A stretch of 64,000 nucleotides of DNA from Octopus vulgaris (GCA_951406725.2 OX597817.1:133920001-133984000), one strand, 5' to 3'; counted from the first letter of the stretch, positions 1 to 11,810 are shown. The notes: generated from the letters alone by a model not told the origin. Program-made: numbers and translations.

Positions 1-180
1 ATGTACAAGGCCCGAAATTTTGGGGGAGGGGCCAGTCGATTAGATCAACCCCAGTACGCAACTGGTACTTAATTTATCGACCCCGAAAGGATGAAAGACA
101 AAGTCGACCTCGGCTGAATTTGAACCCAGAACGTAAAGACAAATGAAATACTGCTAAGCATTTCGCCCGGCGTACGAACG
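1..180 (-). mobile_element. tRNA-derived SINE, family A (Meta/MESC-like central domain)
   Basis: Reverse complement contains gttctgggttcaaattc (B-box-like) followed by gaggtcgactttgtctttcatcctttcggggtcgataaattaagtaccag; more than 10 related copies in the window. Confidence 0.75.
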
Positions 181-254
181 TTTATTATTTCTTTATTGCC
201 CACAAGGGGCTAAATATAGAGTGGACAAACAAGGACAGACAAAAGGATTGAGCC

Positions 255-417
255 AATTACATTGACCTCAATGCGTAACTGGTACTTAATTTAACGACCT
301 CGAAAGGATGAAATGCAAAGTCGACCTCGGCGGAATTTGAACTGAGAACATAATGGCAGACGAAATACCGCTAAGCATTTCGCCCGGCGTTCTAACATTT
401 CTGCCAGCTCGCCGCCC
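255..417 (-). mobile_element. tRNA-derived SINE, family A
   Basis: Same head (ggcggcgagctggcagaa...) and central domain as 1-180. Confidence 0.75.
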
Positions 418-598
418 TGGTGGAAGTAAATTTGTGACCGTGTACGACCACTTCCTAAACTCAGTAATTCCGTGTAAACGTTCCGAATGTCCAAGACGTT
501 CCTATGCGTCAATTTGTCTTGAGTGAATCAAGTGTTGCGCAATACTTAACCCCCTTTCCAGTGCAATCAGCTATAAAACCAGTGGCACAACAGACATT

Positions 599-758
599 AG
601 GAGTGGCTGTTTGGTAAGTAGCTTGTTTACCAACCACATGGTTCTGGGTTCAGTCCCACTGCGTGGCACTTTGGGCAAGTGTCTTCTACTATAGCCTCGG
701 GCCGACCAAAGCCTTGTGAGTGGATTTGGTAGACGGAAACTGAAAGAAGCTCGTCGAA

Positions 759-824
<66 letters not shown>

Positions 825-1010
825 TGTGTGTGTTTGTATGTCTGTGTTAGTCCCCTTAGCATTGCTTGACAACCGATGCTTGTGTGTTTATGTCCCCGTT
901 ACTTAGCGGTTCGGCAAAAGAGACCGATAGTACTGGGCTTACAAAAGATTAAAAGCGGTGCTTTAGCATGGCCGCAGTCGAATGACTGAAACAAGTAAAA
1001 GAGTAAAGAG
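599..1010 (+). mobile_element. tRNA-derived SINE, family B (with internal (TA)n)
   Basis: A-box-like tggctgtttggt and B-box-like gggttcagtccc; body shared with 5107-5480, 6451-6905 and 55193-55465. Confidence 0.8.
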
Positions 1011-1344
1011 TATGATTAGAAACCAAACTGCACTTCAGGGTTTTTTTTATATGAGTTTACCTTCTCCTAGAAGGAAGTTCTAGTGAGAAAGAGCCTTTCA
1101 TTTACAATGGTTCACAATCAAGTTTGCCCATAGCTGGAACCATAACACGCATTTCTACACCGGGTCAAAGAAGCTCTGGAAACACTAGCGGCTAAAAGAT
1201 GCGTCCACAATCCTCAAAACCATTGAACTCCCGTACCGGAACCCGTCTATCGCATGCAGTTTAAATCCATACCCAGGACATATCCATACATACATACATA
1301 CATACATACATACATACATACATACATACATACATACATACACT

Positions 1345-1509
1345 TTGAAGGCTATGTGTTTGTAATTAAGGAACAGGAGATTGCTACAAAGTACCTGGTG
1401 AACAAAAGAGACAGTGACGCTCTTGTAATCCCAAGGTGCAACCGTATGTGGAGGCTATGTCATGTTTCTGTGGAAGACCTCACGCATGTGATTAGAAGCT
1501 GTCCTTAAA

Positions 1510-1510
<1 letters not shown>
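1345..1510 (+). pseudogene. R4/Dong-like RLE retrotransposon fragment (CCHC region)
   Basis: EGYVFVIKEQEIATKYL...RLCHVSVEDLTHVIRSCP resembles EGFLIAAQNQ...CRICGDGEETINHFISGCP in the 18-22 kb copies. Confidence 0.6.
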
Positions 1511-1568
<58 letters not shown>

Positions 1569-1574
<6 letters not shown>

Positions 1575-2185
1575 AGGTTTGAAAATGCAATTTTAAAAGA
1601 TGTTTATTTACTTTAGTCTTAAAGTCTTACTCTAAGACTATGTTATCGTAAAAGACTAGTCTTTTACGATAACATGGTGAACGAGGTCAGTTTAAGCTAC
1701 CCGACTGCTAAAATGTAAACTTTTTTGAACTTATAATATTCTGTGCGTGTATGTATATACAGATACAATACCAATATTACACTGAACTTTTTAATAATAT
1801 TTTAATGAACTTGTTAAACTTTTTTATATTTTCCCAAGATTTTCCTTTGTAAGCTGTTCTTAACATGTCCTTATTATCAAGGAATGTATATGTATATTGT
1901 AATATTTTGTGACAACCAGTACCTGACACAACCAAGATTTTGTGCCCAATATTTTGATGAAATTGTTAAACTTTTTTGTATTTTCCCTAGATTTTCCCTT
2001 GTAAACTGTTCTTAACATGTTCTTGTTGTCAAAGAATGTATAAATGTATTGTAGTATTTTGTGACAACCAGTAACTAACGCAACCAAGCTTTTACATGTT
2101 ACTTTTGACGATCATTTTCTAAAAAAGTAAAACCGGTAAAGTAAATAAACATCTTTTAAAATTGCATTTTCAAACCTTCTTTCAT
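1569..2185 (+). mobile_element. Short (TA)n-anchored element with ~45-bp inverted termini, two ~151-bp internal tandem units and a decayed hammerhead-like motif (Penelope pLTR-like)
   Basis: aagaaggtttgaaaatgcaattttaaaagatgtttatttac (~1571-1611) is the reverse complement of ~2141-2181; units at ~1800-1941 and ~1951-2093; motif at 2099-2144. Confidence 0.55.
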
Positions 2186-2225
2186 ATATAATTACACTCG
2201 TGTGATACCTTACAACTCCACTTTG

Positions 2226-2322
<97 letters not shown>

Positions 2323-2613
2323 GACATAGATATAGATAGATAGAGAGAGAGAGAGAGACATATGTTTATATATATGTTTATATAATAGAAATATTAAAAT
2401 AACTAAGTCTCTCTAAAAGAGAACAGCGGCAGCGTTCCCGGAAAATAATAGTTATCGCCATACTAATATGGCATTCTTATAAAAATAAGAGAAAAGCTGT
2501 CCGCTTATTAGCTCCATGAGGCCATCGCCTTAAGTTAGCTATTTGATACACAAACTGTATCCATATAACCTTCGAACAAGGGAGGTCAGTCGCTCCACAC
2601 TACTTGACCGGCA

Positions 2614-2655
2614 GCTACAGACGCGTTTCGGGGTATTGCCCCTTTTCAATGCAGC
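2614..2655 (-). ncRNA. Type I hammerhead ribozyme, U3:A8 variant
   Basis: Reverse complement: GCUGCA UUGAAAA GGGG-CAAUA-CCCC GAAA CGC GUC UGUAGC. Confidence 0.8.
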
Positions 2656-2920
2656 GTAGCCAGCCAGTAGGTGTCGCTTCCGACAATCTCTGTTCGATGG
2701 TTTTATTTACCTAGTTTCGGTGGAATACATCCACTTGTTTTCAATAATAGAAATATTAAAATAACTAAGTCTCTCTAAAAGAGAACAGCGGCAGCGTTCC
2801 CGGAAAATAATAGTTATCGCCATACTAATATGGCATTCTTATAAAAATAAGAAAAAAGAAACTAGGTAAATAAAACCATCGAACAGAGATTGTCGGAAGC
2901 GACACCTACTGGCTGGCTAC

Positions 2921-2962
2921 GCTGCATTGAAAAGGGGCAATACCCCGAAACGCGTCTGTAGC
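2921..2962 (+). ncRNA. Type I hammerhead ribozyme, U3:A8 variant; predicted cleavage after C2956
   Basis: Stem I gctgca/tgtagc extended by tggctggc/gccggtca; core TTGAAAA; stem II gggg/cccc; GAAA; palindromic stem III acgcgt; GUC triplet. Confidence 0.8.
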
Positions 2963-3282
2963 TGCCGGTCAAGTAGTGTGGAGCGACTGACCTCCCTTGT
3001 TCGAAGGTTATATGGATACAGTTTGTGTATCAAATAGCTAACTTAAGGCGATGGCCTCATGGAGCTAATAAGCGGACAGCTTTTTTCTTATTTTTATAAG
3101 AATGCCATATTAGTATGGCGATAACTATTATTTTCCGGGAACGCTGCCGCTGTTCTCTTTTAGAGAGACTTAGTTATTTTAATATTTCTATTATTGAAAA
3201 CAAGTGGATGTATTCCACCGAAACTAGGTAAATAAAACCATCGAACAGAGATTGTCGGAAGCGACACCTACTGGCTGGCTAC

Positions 3283-3324
3283 GCTGCATTGAAAAGGGGC
3301 AATACCCCGAAACGCGTCTGTAGC
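3283..3324 (+). ncRNA. Type I hammerhead ribozyme, U3:A8 variant
   Basis: Identical to 2921-2962, one 362-bp period downstream. Confidence 0.8.
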
Positions 3325-3499
3325 TGCCGGTCAAGTAGTGTGGAGCGACTGACCTCCCTTGTTCGAAGGTTATATGGATACAGTTTGTGTATCAAATAGC
3401 TAACTTAAGGCGATGGCCTCATGGAGCTAATAAGCGGACAGCTTTTTTCTTATTTTTATAAGAATGCCATATTAGTATGGCGATAACTATTATTTTATG

Positions 3500-3541
<42 letters not shown>

Positions 3542-3582
3542 AGAGAGAGATAGAGATAGATAGATAGATATAGATAGATAGT

Positions 3583-3650
<68 letters not shown>

Positions 3651-3935
3651 AAGAAAGAGAGAGATAGAGTGAGACATATATGTTTATACATTTATATATA
3701 TATGAATAACATATAGTCTAATGACTAATTTGTCTTTTGTGCTAGATCACTGGTAATAATAATTTATTTTATTACCCTTTTTACTATGTTTACATATTGC
3801 TCGATAAATCTGCTCGTAGACCTTCTACCGGCATCCTCTCTGTTCGCCAGGTATGTTTTGCGCCTGAAAAGTTAGAGAATGCAAGTCGTTAGAATCGCAC
3901 ATGCTTCTAACGATATGTACTTCTAGGATAACAAA

Positions 3936-4020
3936 GGCTGCTTGCTGAAGAGTCTAGCCTTGGCAGATAAATTATATTCATCTGCTAAAAAAAAGACGAA
4001 ACTGCAGTACAAGATGAGCC
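3936..4020 (+). ncRNA. Type I hammerhead ribozyme with long stem II; predicted cleavage after A4009
   Basis: cttg CTGAAGA gtct...(tggcagat/atctgcta)...agac GAAA ctgcag ta caag; outer ggct/agcc pairing; palindromic actgcagt. Confidence 0.8.
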
Positions 4021-4113
4021 GAGTTTGTAAACGTTTTTGATTTTCATTTCATGAATTTATCCTCTTTTTGTGTATCTAGTACTTGCTTCTTCTTTTAGAG
4101 GCCTTTTAATGTA

Positions 4114-4149
<36 letters not shown>

Positions 4150-4828
4150 CATACTTACACACATACACACGCACACATATGTATGCAGGCAAACAGACCA
4201 TGTACATGCATATACATGCATACATAAATTTGTCTATAGACAGGTAAATTGTATATATCTACATGTGTGCTTGTTTGTGCTGGCGCATATACTGAATTAA
4301 AATAAATAGATGAATTGGGAGAAAGATCGTATCTTTGGGGGTGAAATCAATAAAGCAACGGGACAAGTAAAATGTAGTTGAGCGATTCCTAATCAATGAC
4401 ATCCAGCTGTTAACTAGTTTGTACTAAATCATGTTGGTACGTAATAAAGGAAGGAAGTTGGGTGAAATCAACAATGCACTACAATTTGGATCGATTTCAA
4501 AAGTAAATATTTCATTTTGAATAAATATTTTTCGTGTGCAAAAGTTGAAAACAGTTTGTGAAAACGCAAATACTTGATGTTACCAAGGCAATTAAACTAT
4601 ATCATTTATTGCAAGTAATTCTTCGGTTAAGAAAAGCCTTGTCAGTGTTTTTTTTTCTTCTTCTTTTTTTGAAGGGTAATTGTGTGGAAGCTGGTTTGAA
4701 ATGGAGACTTTATTGGGTGATTGTCGTAATTTGTCACTCTTTTAACACCACTTGCGGGCCATGAGAGACTGGCTTTATCAGATTCCATTCTGTTGGGCGC
4801 ATTCGTACCAGTTTTCATTCTGACAAAA

Positions 4829-4910
4829 TTATTCCCCTTTTTTTTTCTCATGAGTCTCAAAGTGCATCACACCATGAAAATAACTATGGGCCCTGTTCTT
4901 CCTTCTCTTA
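4829..4910 (-). CDS. Putative last coding exon of an unidentified host gene: (A)KRRKNRAHSYFHGVMHFETHEKKKGE*
   Basis: Acceptor tgtggtttAG; phase 2 matches the preceding exon; TAA stop; AATAAA at 4709-4714 (minus) downstream. Confidence 0.65.
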
Positions 4911-5106
4911 CTAAACCACAATGTTATAGGGAATGAAGTATCATTACAGGATTTAAGAACTTTCCATGAACAAAACAAATGAAGGACCAACGCAGGGGAC
5001 TTAATGTGACCGCTCGACTACTTAGAGAGGCCAAAGCACTCTAAGTAGTCTGTAAAAGACGAAGAAGCGTGCACTCGATAATAGGGTCCTGAATATCTTT
5101 CATCAT

Positions 5107-5480
5107 CTTTTACTTGTGTCAGTTATTAGAATGCGGCCATGCTGAGGCACCACCTTCAAAAATTGTTAGTCGAAGGAATCGATACCAATACTCAATTTTC
5201 AAGTCAGGTGCTTATTCTATCGATCTATAAGGCCGAAACGCTAGGTTATGGGGACGTAAACAAACCAACATCGGTTGTCAGGCAGTGGTGCGAGACAAAA
5301 CAAAGACACAAACACACACATATATACGACGGGGCTTCGTTCAGTTTCCGTCTACCAAATCGACTCACAAGGCTTCGGTGGACCCGAGATTATAGTAGAA
5401 GACACTTGCCCAAGGTGTCACGTAATGGGACTGAACCCAGAACCATGTGGTTGGGAAGCAAACTTATTACCACATACCCA
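5107..5480 (-). mobile_element. tRNA-derived SINE, family B
   Basis: Reverse complement of the 599-1010 family. Confidence 0.75.
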
Positions 5481-5581
5481 CGTCTGCGCTTGGTCATATC
5501 TGCAATCTTTGGTTAAAGGTGTTATAGGATTAAATGAAAATTAAAGAAGTTATGATTTGGATGCAAGATCTTGTATCTTAC

Positions 5582-5736
5582 GCTCTCACTGTGGTACACA
5601 CGTTGCCGTCATCAGTATACGGTTCATACAATATTGTAAACATAACGGTATTCATCTCATACATATTGTCGGTAACAACAAGGCTCGTTCTCCCATTCCT
5701 GTCGGCCACACAGTAAGGTTCAAGCCGCAACCATTG
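5582..5736 (-). CDS. Putative host exon QWLRLEPYCVADRNGRTSLVVTDNMYEMNTVMFTILYEPYTDDGNVCTTVRA
   Basis: Acceptor ctccccatgtAG, donor GTAAGA; 155 nt open frame, phase 0 to 2, compatible with both neighbouring exons. Confidence 0.7.
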
Positions 5737-6210
5737 CTACATGGGGAGCATAAATTCCCTTTTTACCAGTAATCTTATAATTGATTGTATGCATCAACTG
5801 AATCGTCACCTTGTACCTGTCTGCACAGTTGTGTGTCGACAACTTCATATACAGATTCAACCGCGCAATCATTTGTATCGACGCATATACGTACACGTCT
5901 GTACAGACTCACTGGTTTGTAAATACTGGTTTGTATTTATATACAGAGTCAGTTGTTTGAATGAATGTACACACCGATACGTGCACATTTGAAAAGACTC
6001 ACTTGTATAGACATACACAAATTACTATATACTCGATCAAGTTGTCTAGAAGTAGAACGTTGCCTTTAATATTATTTAAAACGGTGCGCTATCCTTCAGT
6101 TAACGTCTAGTGGCAAGTAGAACATATATTCGCCATTTGTCAGATTCACTTTTTCCCAGCTCCTCTTTTTGACTGAGCTGAAGTCTTAGACCAGAGCGTC
6201 TGGCACTTAC

Positions 6211-6301
6211 AGAGCCGTCGGGTGATCGCAGTTCTCTGCCAGTCGGGCAACGAGAGCAGTGTGCATGAAATAAAGCATTCAATTCCAATTTATTCTGTTG
6301 T
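6211..6301 (-). CDS. Putative host exon (R)QQNKLELNALFHAHCSRCPTGRELRSPDGS
   Basis: Acceptor gatattttcAG, consensus donor GTAAGT; 91 nt, phase 2 to 0. Confidence 0.7.
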
Positions 6302-6450
6302 CTGAAAATATCACTAAATTGATTTCTACAATTAATGTCACAATTTCACGACACAACAGAAAACACTATTACAACAGTGGTAACTAATGCGACCCGTGAA
6401 ATTTCCATTGTGTAAGTCAGCATATTTCCCAAAAAATATGTTAATATAGC

Positions 6451-6607
6451 AGAGTGGCTATGTGGAAAGAAGCTTGTTTCCAAACTACATAGCTCCGGGT
6501 TCAGTCCCACTGCGTGGCACCTTGGACAAGAGTCTTCTACTATAACCTTGGGCCGACCAAAGCCTTGTAGGTGGGTTTGGTAGATGGAAACTGAAAGAAG
6601 TCTGTCG

Positions 6608-6639
<32 letters not shown>

Positions 6640-6657
6640 TGTATGTATGTATGTATG

Positions 6658-6706
<49 letters not shown>

Positions 6707-6905
6707 GTGTCTGTTTGTAAGCCACCATCGCTTCACAACCGATGCTAGTGTGTTTACGTCCCCGTAGCATAGCGGGTCGGCAAAAGCGAGTGATAAAATA
6801 AGTACTAGGCTTACAAAGAGTAAGTACTGGGATCGATTTGTTTGGCTAAAAGCGGTGCTCTAGCATGGCCGCAGTCAATTGACTGAAACAAAAGAATAAG
6901 AGAAT
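6451..6905 (+). mobile_element. tRNA-derived SINE, family B
   Basis: Same head and body as 599-1010. Confidence 0.75.
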
Positions 6906-7077
6906 AGCAAACAAAAAGGGGGAATTTTCGAAAACTCTTTTGAAATCCTCTCATTTAAACAAAGTTGTATTCTAAGTATAACATTTCATTCCAGATTAGT
7001 TATCTATCCGTCTGTATATCTATTAATATATCTATCTGATATATCTGTAGACCTACTGACCGACTAATCTACGAAGC

Positions 7078-7505
7078 AAGCTACCTACATATCCACCTAC
7101 CTACCTACCTACCTACCTACCTACCTACCTACCTACCTACCTACCTACATACATACATACATACATACATATCTGCCTACCTACCTACCTACCTACCTAC
7201 CTACCTACCTACCTACCTACCTACCTACCAATCTACCTATCTATCTACCTTACTATCTACCTACAAATGTACCTACATATCTACTTACCAACCTAAATAT
7301 CTACCTTCCTACCTACTCACCTACCTACCTACCTACCTACCTACCTACCTACCTACCTATCTACCTACCTACGTACCTACCTATCTTCTACCTACGTACC
7401 TACCAGCCTACGTACCCACCTACGTACCTATCTACCAGCCTAAATATCTACCTTCCTACCTACTTACCTACCTACCTACCTACATACATACATACATACA
7501 TACCT
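7078..7505. repeat. Compound (CCTA)n/(CATA)n microsatellite
   Basis: Directly visible. Confidence 0.95.
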
Positions 7506-7519
7506 GTTTATCTCTTTAT

Positions 7520-7840
7520 CTGTCTGACAGTAATGAGACCCTTCAGGAGTACATTATGAGATCTAATAAAGAAAGGATCATCAACTGGAAAGAGAAAGTC
7601 CTACTCGGAGAGTTTTTCCAGCAAAGAAATGAATGATGAAGAATCCTGGAGATGATTAAAACATGGACTTTTAAAGGAAACCAAAGATTGATCCCAGCAG
7701 CACAAGAACAACCTTTACGAATCAACTCCATCAAACGCGCTTTTCATGACACACGAGAATCACTTTTGTATAGACTATGTGAAAAATCATCTTAGACAAG
7801 TAGAGATGCATTAAAACTGGCTCAGAAGGAGTATATCATT
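7520..7840 (+). pseudogene. Degraded R4/Dong-like fragment
   Basis: Translates in part to WTFKG...LIPAAQEQPLRINSIK...YRLCEK...LAQKEY, matching the pre-CCHC region of the RLE elements. Confidence 0.5.
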
Positions 7841-7949
7841 GAATAAATTCCCAAAAGAAGGAGACTTCTAAGTGCTGCTCATGTAAACCCTACAAAACCA
7901 CGTACACCCTGACCACTAGAGCAAGCTTCCTCCCCTCATCTTCCTCCGA

Positions 7950-9390
7950 CAATCAATATGTGCATGCTTAGAGTAGGCCCCTTCATTGGGGTCATCCTTG
8001 CTACGTTCACTCGCCTTTCAACGAATTTACTGAAAGGCGGTATTTCTCGCTCCACTCACACTTACCTTTTCAAAGGAAACTCGAAAAAGGTGATGGTGGC
8101 TCGGCTACTACGAGAAAAGTGTCTGTCTTCAGCCCCTTTTAATCTTGTGCACCATACAAGCTCTTTCGCCAAGGCCACCAGGCATATAACCATTGCCTCT
8201 CCTTCTCGACCAAAGAAAGGAAGTTCAGCGATTGTTAGAATAGATGCAGTCGATAAGCGGATACGTCCTATATATGACACCTACTGTTCGACATAAACCC
8301 ACGAGTCAGCAACGCTTGGGCACTGGCTGGATGAGTGCAGAAATTTCATCGTTCTCTACGCATCTCAGGCAGATCCGGCTGATAGCATTTCCATGCTTGT
8401 AGAATTTATCACTACCAGGGGTCATTGCCGGTTCGAGATAGACTTGCTAGGTCAATCATTTCCAGAAATTATCCATAAACCCCGACCCAAAAGTCCTCCA
8501 GCACAGACCAGTTAACTGATTCCCGATCACGGCCAGAGTCTTCCTGAGAGCATTATCGTTATTGCCTGCCACTAAATCTCTATAGAACGCCTAAGCGGGA
8601 TTTCTACTGACCCCTCAACCCTACTGGTAGAGGGCTGCGAGCGCCCGGCGGCACACAGATCGCTAGACACTGCTTTGGTCTACGTTTGATCTAGGATTGA
8701 AGCTCAGTCAAAGAGACGAGCTGTGAAAAAGCAATTCTAACTAAAGTGACCACACTTGCTCAGCATCAATGAAGTGCTGGAGATGTCGCAGCCTCCGTGG
8801 GTGTCAGCGCATCATCCCCCAGTGAACTGCAGCCTTCCCACAGAAAGCGGAAGTGTAGGCACTCCAGTGTGATCAGTCGTGAACGACCAGACTGTAATAT
8901 ATGAACGACCAGACTGTAATATATGAAGAAGGCGATGTATGTCTGCACCACCTTTCTGGGATACTTTTTTCTCGACCCATTTTTAGGTGACCTTGGCCAC
9001 CCTACATCACCTCATCCCAGTTCTTCACCAAACCAGACTTAACCCATCCGTCCATCAGCGTCCTACAATCGGACAACATGAATCTGTTTCTCCAGATGTC
9101 AAGCTGCAGGCCCTTCAACTAGTCTTTTAGAGCAGAACCGATCAGGTCTATGTACCTTGTGTGCGACGCTATGACGGTAACGTCGTTTGCTTATGCAGAC
9201 ACAGTTCTTCCACGTCTTAGTTCGTACAGGTTTCCCATCAACGTCTCCAGTTTCTACAGTAGTGGCTCTACAGTCAGAAGGGACGAGGGAAGACAATCTT
9301 GACAGAAAGAGCGCATTCGTCCCAAATAGTCGAGCGAAGTCCTGCTAAAAACGGTGCACATCTACTCGAGCTTGAGTAGCAAGCGTCCAT
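7950..9390 (-). pseudogene. L1/Tx1-like LINE ORF2 3' remnant (C-terminal cysteine-rich region)
   Basis: Frameshifted translation ...HGNAISRICLRCVENDE...QCPSVADSWVYVEQ...GRIRLS...CLVALAKELVWCTRLKG...FFEFPLKR, typical of an L1/Tx1 ORF2 C-terminus. Confidence 0.6.
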
Positions 9391-9469
9391 CACAGTCCAC
9401 TAAAAAAAATTAATTTTATTTCTGTTGCCACGTTGCACTCTCTACTATTCGGATCGTTTGTAGCTCCTC

Positions 9470-9900
9470 TACTATCTACTAGCGGCACACAATCCAAACG
9501 TGCATTTTGATGCCTTTCCATTCTCCACTAGTATGAAAACTTGGGACATTACCAGAATAAGCTTCAGACAACCGAAAAAACCCGACTGTTCTTCCCCTTT
9601 CGGAATTAGTTGCAGCAATTTGTCGCTTATTAGACTTGTGGTTGCATTCTCTGAAGCTTCTCCTTCAGTTGGGAATTTCAGCTCAGCTGTTCCAAAGCGT
9701 CTTCTTTGAACGACATAAGTTTCTGTACCATCGATTGTGTCGATTTTGGGGGACGCCTCAGTTTGATTGAAAGGCATTTGTAAATAATTGTTTTTCTCAT
9801 CTGTAGCATTTCTTTCGGTGTGCTGAGACAAATAATCCTGCCATTCTTTGAGAGGTGCATTTTCGCATCTCTTAGTGTTTTCTTTTTGTTGTCTCTGAAA
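9470..9900 (-). pseudogene. Highly degraded RLE-retrotransposon pre-RT fragment
   Basis: LIPKGEEQSGFFGCLKLIL...ILVENGKASK loosely matches the Dong-type EEQKGC...GCKDQLLI...ILEN motif. Confidence 0.35.
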
Positions 9901-10519
9901 TGTTTACTGATTCTAGTTTATGATAGGCATATGCGAAATCATTTCCCGTTTTGTTTGGAAATGAAGCCTCTTGCTGTTTTTATTGTAGTAATGCTGATGC
10001 TGGTTGTGGAGGTGGTGGCGTTCGTGTGTGTATCATAGTTATTCTTGTCTTGCTTCTCACTGTAGCTGCTGCTGTTGTTGTTGTTATACGTATGTTTTCC
10101 CTCGATTATGGCAGGTAGTGTGAGAAACATTTTCACACTAGATTTTCTATCCACCATCATCTCGCTGTTAAGAAGGTTTATTAACTAAATACTACAACAA
10201 ATGCATATGACGATCTTTTTTTAAAAGCAAAACGTAAGCAAACCTCAGCAGCTTTCGACAAATGTCTTATCCGTGTATGTAAAATAATTGTTTTTGTAAT
10301 ACGCACGAAGCCTGAAATTTTGGTGAAGTGGGGTTGGGGATGGCTAGTCGATTACATTGCTCAGTAGGCACTTATTTTATCGACTGCGAAACGATGAAAG
10401 ACTTAGTTGACCTCGGTGGAGTTTGAACTCAGAGCGTATAGAGTCTGAAGAAATGCAGCCTGAGCATTTTCTGCGATGTGCTCCCAGCTCGCTAAATAAA
10501 TAATTGTAATAATAGAAAT

Positions 10520-10740
10520 AATCCTTTCCACTATAGTCACAAGGCGTGAAATTTGGGGGACAAGGGGCCGGCCGATTTCGTCGACACCAGGGCTCAATTG
10601 GTACTTATTTCATCGACCATTAAAGGAGGAAAAGCGAAGTCGACCTTGGCGTAATTCGAACTCGGAACGTAAAGATGGGCGAAATGCCGCTAAGTAATTT
10701 TGCCCAGCTCGCAAATAATACCGCCAGCTCACCACCTTAA
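10520..10740 (-). mobile_element. tRNA-derived SINE, family A (a second decayed copy lies at ~10300-10490)
   Basis: Homology to 1-180. Confidence 0.65.
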
Positions 10741-10752
10741 TAATAATTATAA

Positions 10753-10863
<111 letters not shown>

Positions 10864-10867
10864 TAAT

Positions 10868-11310
10868 AATACTCAATACCACAGATTTGCTTGTCAGTTG
10901 TTTGACCTTAACCAGTTGAGCATGTCCCTTAGTGGCTGACGATATGTGCATCTCTGATCACGAGCAGAAGTAGTGGGGCAGCATCATAGCCATGTGTTGA
11001 GAGGGATTCTTTGGGGTTTGAATAGTTCACCTCTGGAAACATGGGTGGTTCTTTCAACATCCTTAAACAACCCTTATTCAGGGACCGTTTGAGCGGGATG
11101 GTCTACTCAACCTGAAGAAAATTCTAACTGGGCCCCACCTGCAAGGTCATGTGCTGTTTATCTTGATATGAGATCACCATGTCGCGCACATATGGTTGTG
11201 ATGCATGTGCCTGGTGTACCTTTATCAGACGGGTAGTCATGATGGGTATATTGGGCTTCGTATATTTTACCCCAGTGTCACTTTGATGGCATGAACTGCT
11301 CTCTCACTCA
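10868..11310 (+). mobile_element. Non-coding repeat family D inserted in (TAA)n; opposite-strand copies at ~13980-14290, ~14300-14700 and ~23010-23135
   Basis: Shared blocks such as cttgatatgagatcaccatgtcgcgcac and gggtagtcatgatgggtat; flanked by (TAA)n. Confidence 0.7.
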
Positions 11311-11354
11311 AAAATAATAATAATAATGATAATAATAATAATAATCATAGTGAT

Positions 11355-11810
11355 CAGATATGTCCACTGGCTGCTGTACGGTAAAGCAAATCTCGAGAGA
11401 GCGGAATATTGGTATGAACACAAGCCAGAGGGAGTAATGGAAAACGAACCTTACAAAATACTCAGGGATTTTAACATTTAGGGCGACACGACCAGATATC
11501 GTGATCATCCATAAAGATGATAAAAGAAGTAAAGATAATAGATGTTGCAATAGCAGGCGATTCGAGGGTGAAATGTAAGGAAACAGAAAAGACTGAGAAA
11601 TACCAGCCACTGCGGGACGAGATTGGAAAGTTTTGGGGCATGAGGAAAGTAATGGTGATACCGGTGGTAAATGGAGCATTAGGGAGCAGTTTCCGAGGGC
11701 TTTAAGAAACATATTAAGAATATTGGAGCTGCTGTCAGGCTCGAAGTGATCCAGAAGAAAAGCATTGTTGGGTACAGCTCGCATTCTATGGAGAGTATGG
11801 TCTCTTTGAG
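11355..11810 (+). pseudogene. RLE endonuclease 3' fragment of an R4/Dong-like element
   Basis: WYEHKPEGVMEN...RPDIVII...IIDVAIAGDSRV...EKTEKYQPL...VIPVVNGALG (PD-(D/E)xK RLE). Confidence 0.75.

Larger units (their letters stand above)
2383..3497. repeat. Array 1 of a 362-bp hammerhead-containing unit (retrozyme-like), head-to-head inversion at ~2858
   Basis: aactaagtct at 2401 and 2763; gaacagagat at 2881 and 3243 (period 362); right part is the reverse complement of left part; flanked by TA-rich microsatellites. Confidence 0.95.

Noticed and set aside
2383-3497. CRISPR array or simple satellite reading of the 362-bp repeat
   Set aside because: No unique spacers; dispersed short arrays with inversion and a ribozyme fit a retroelement better
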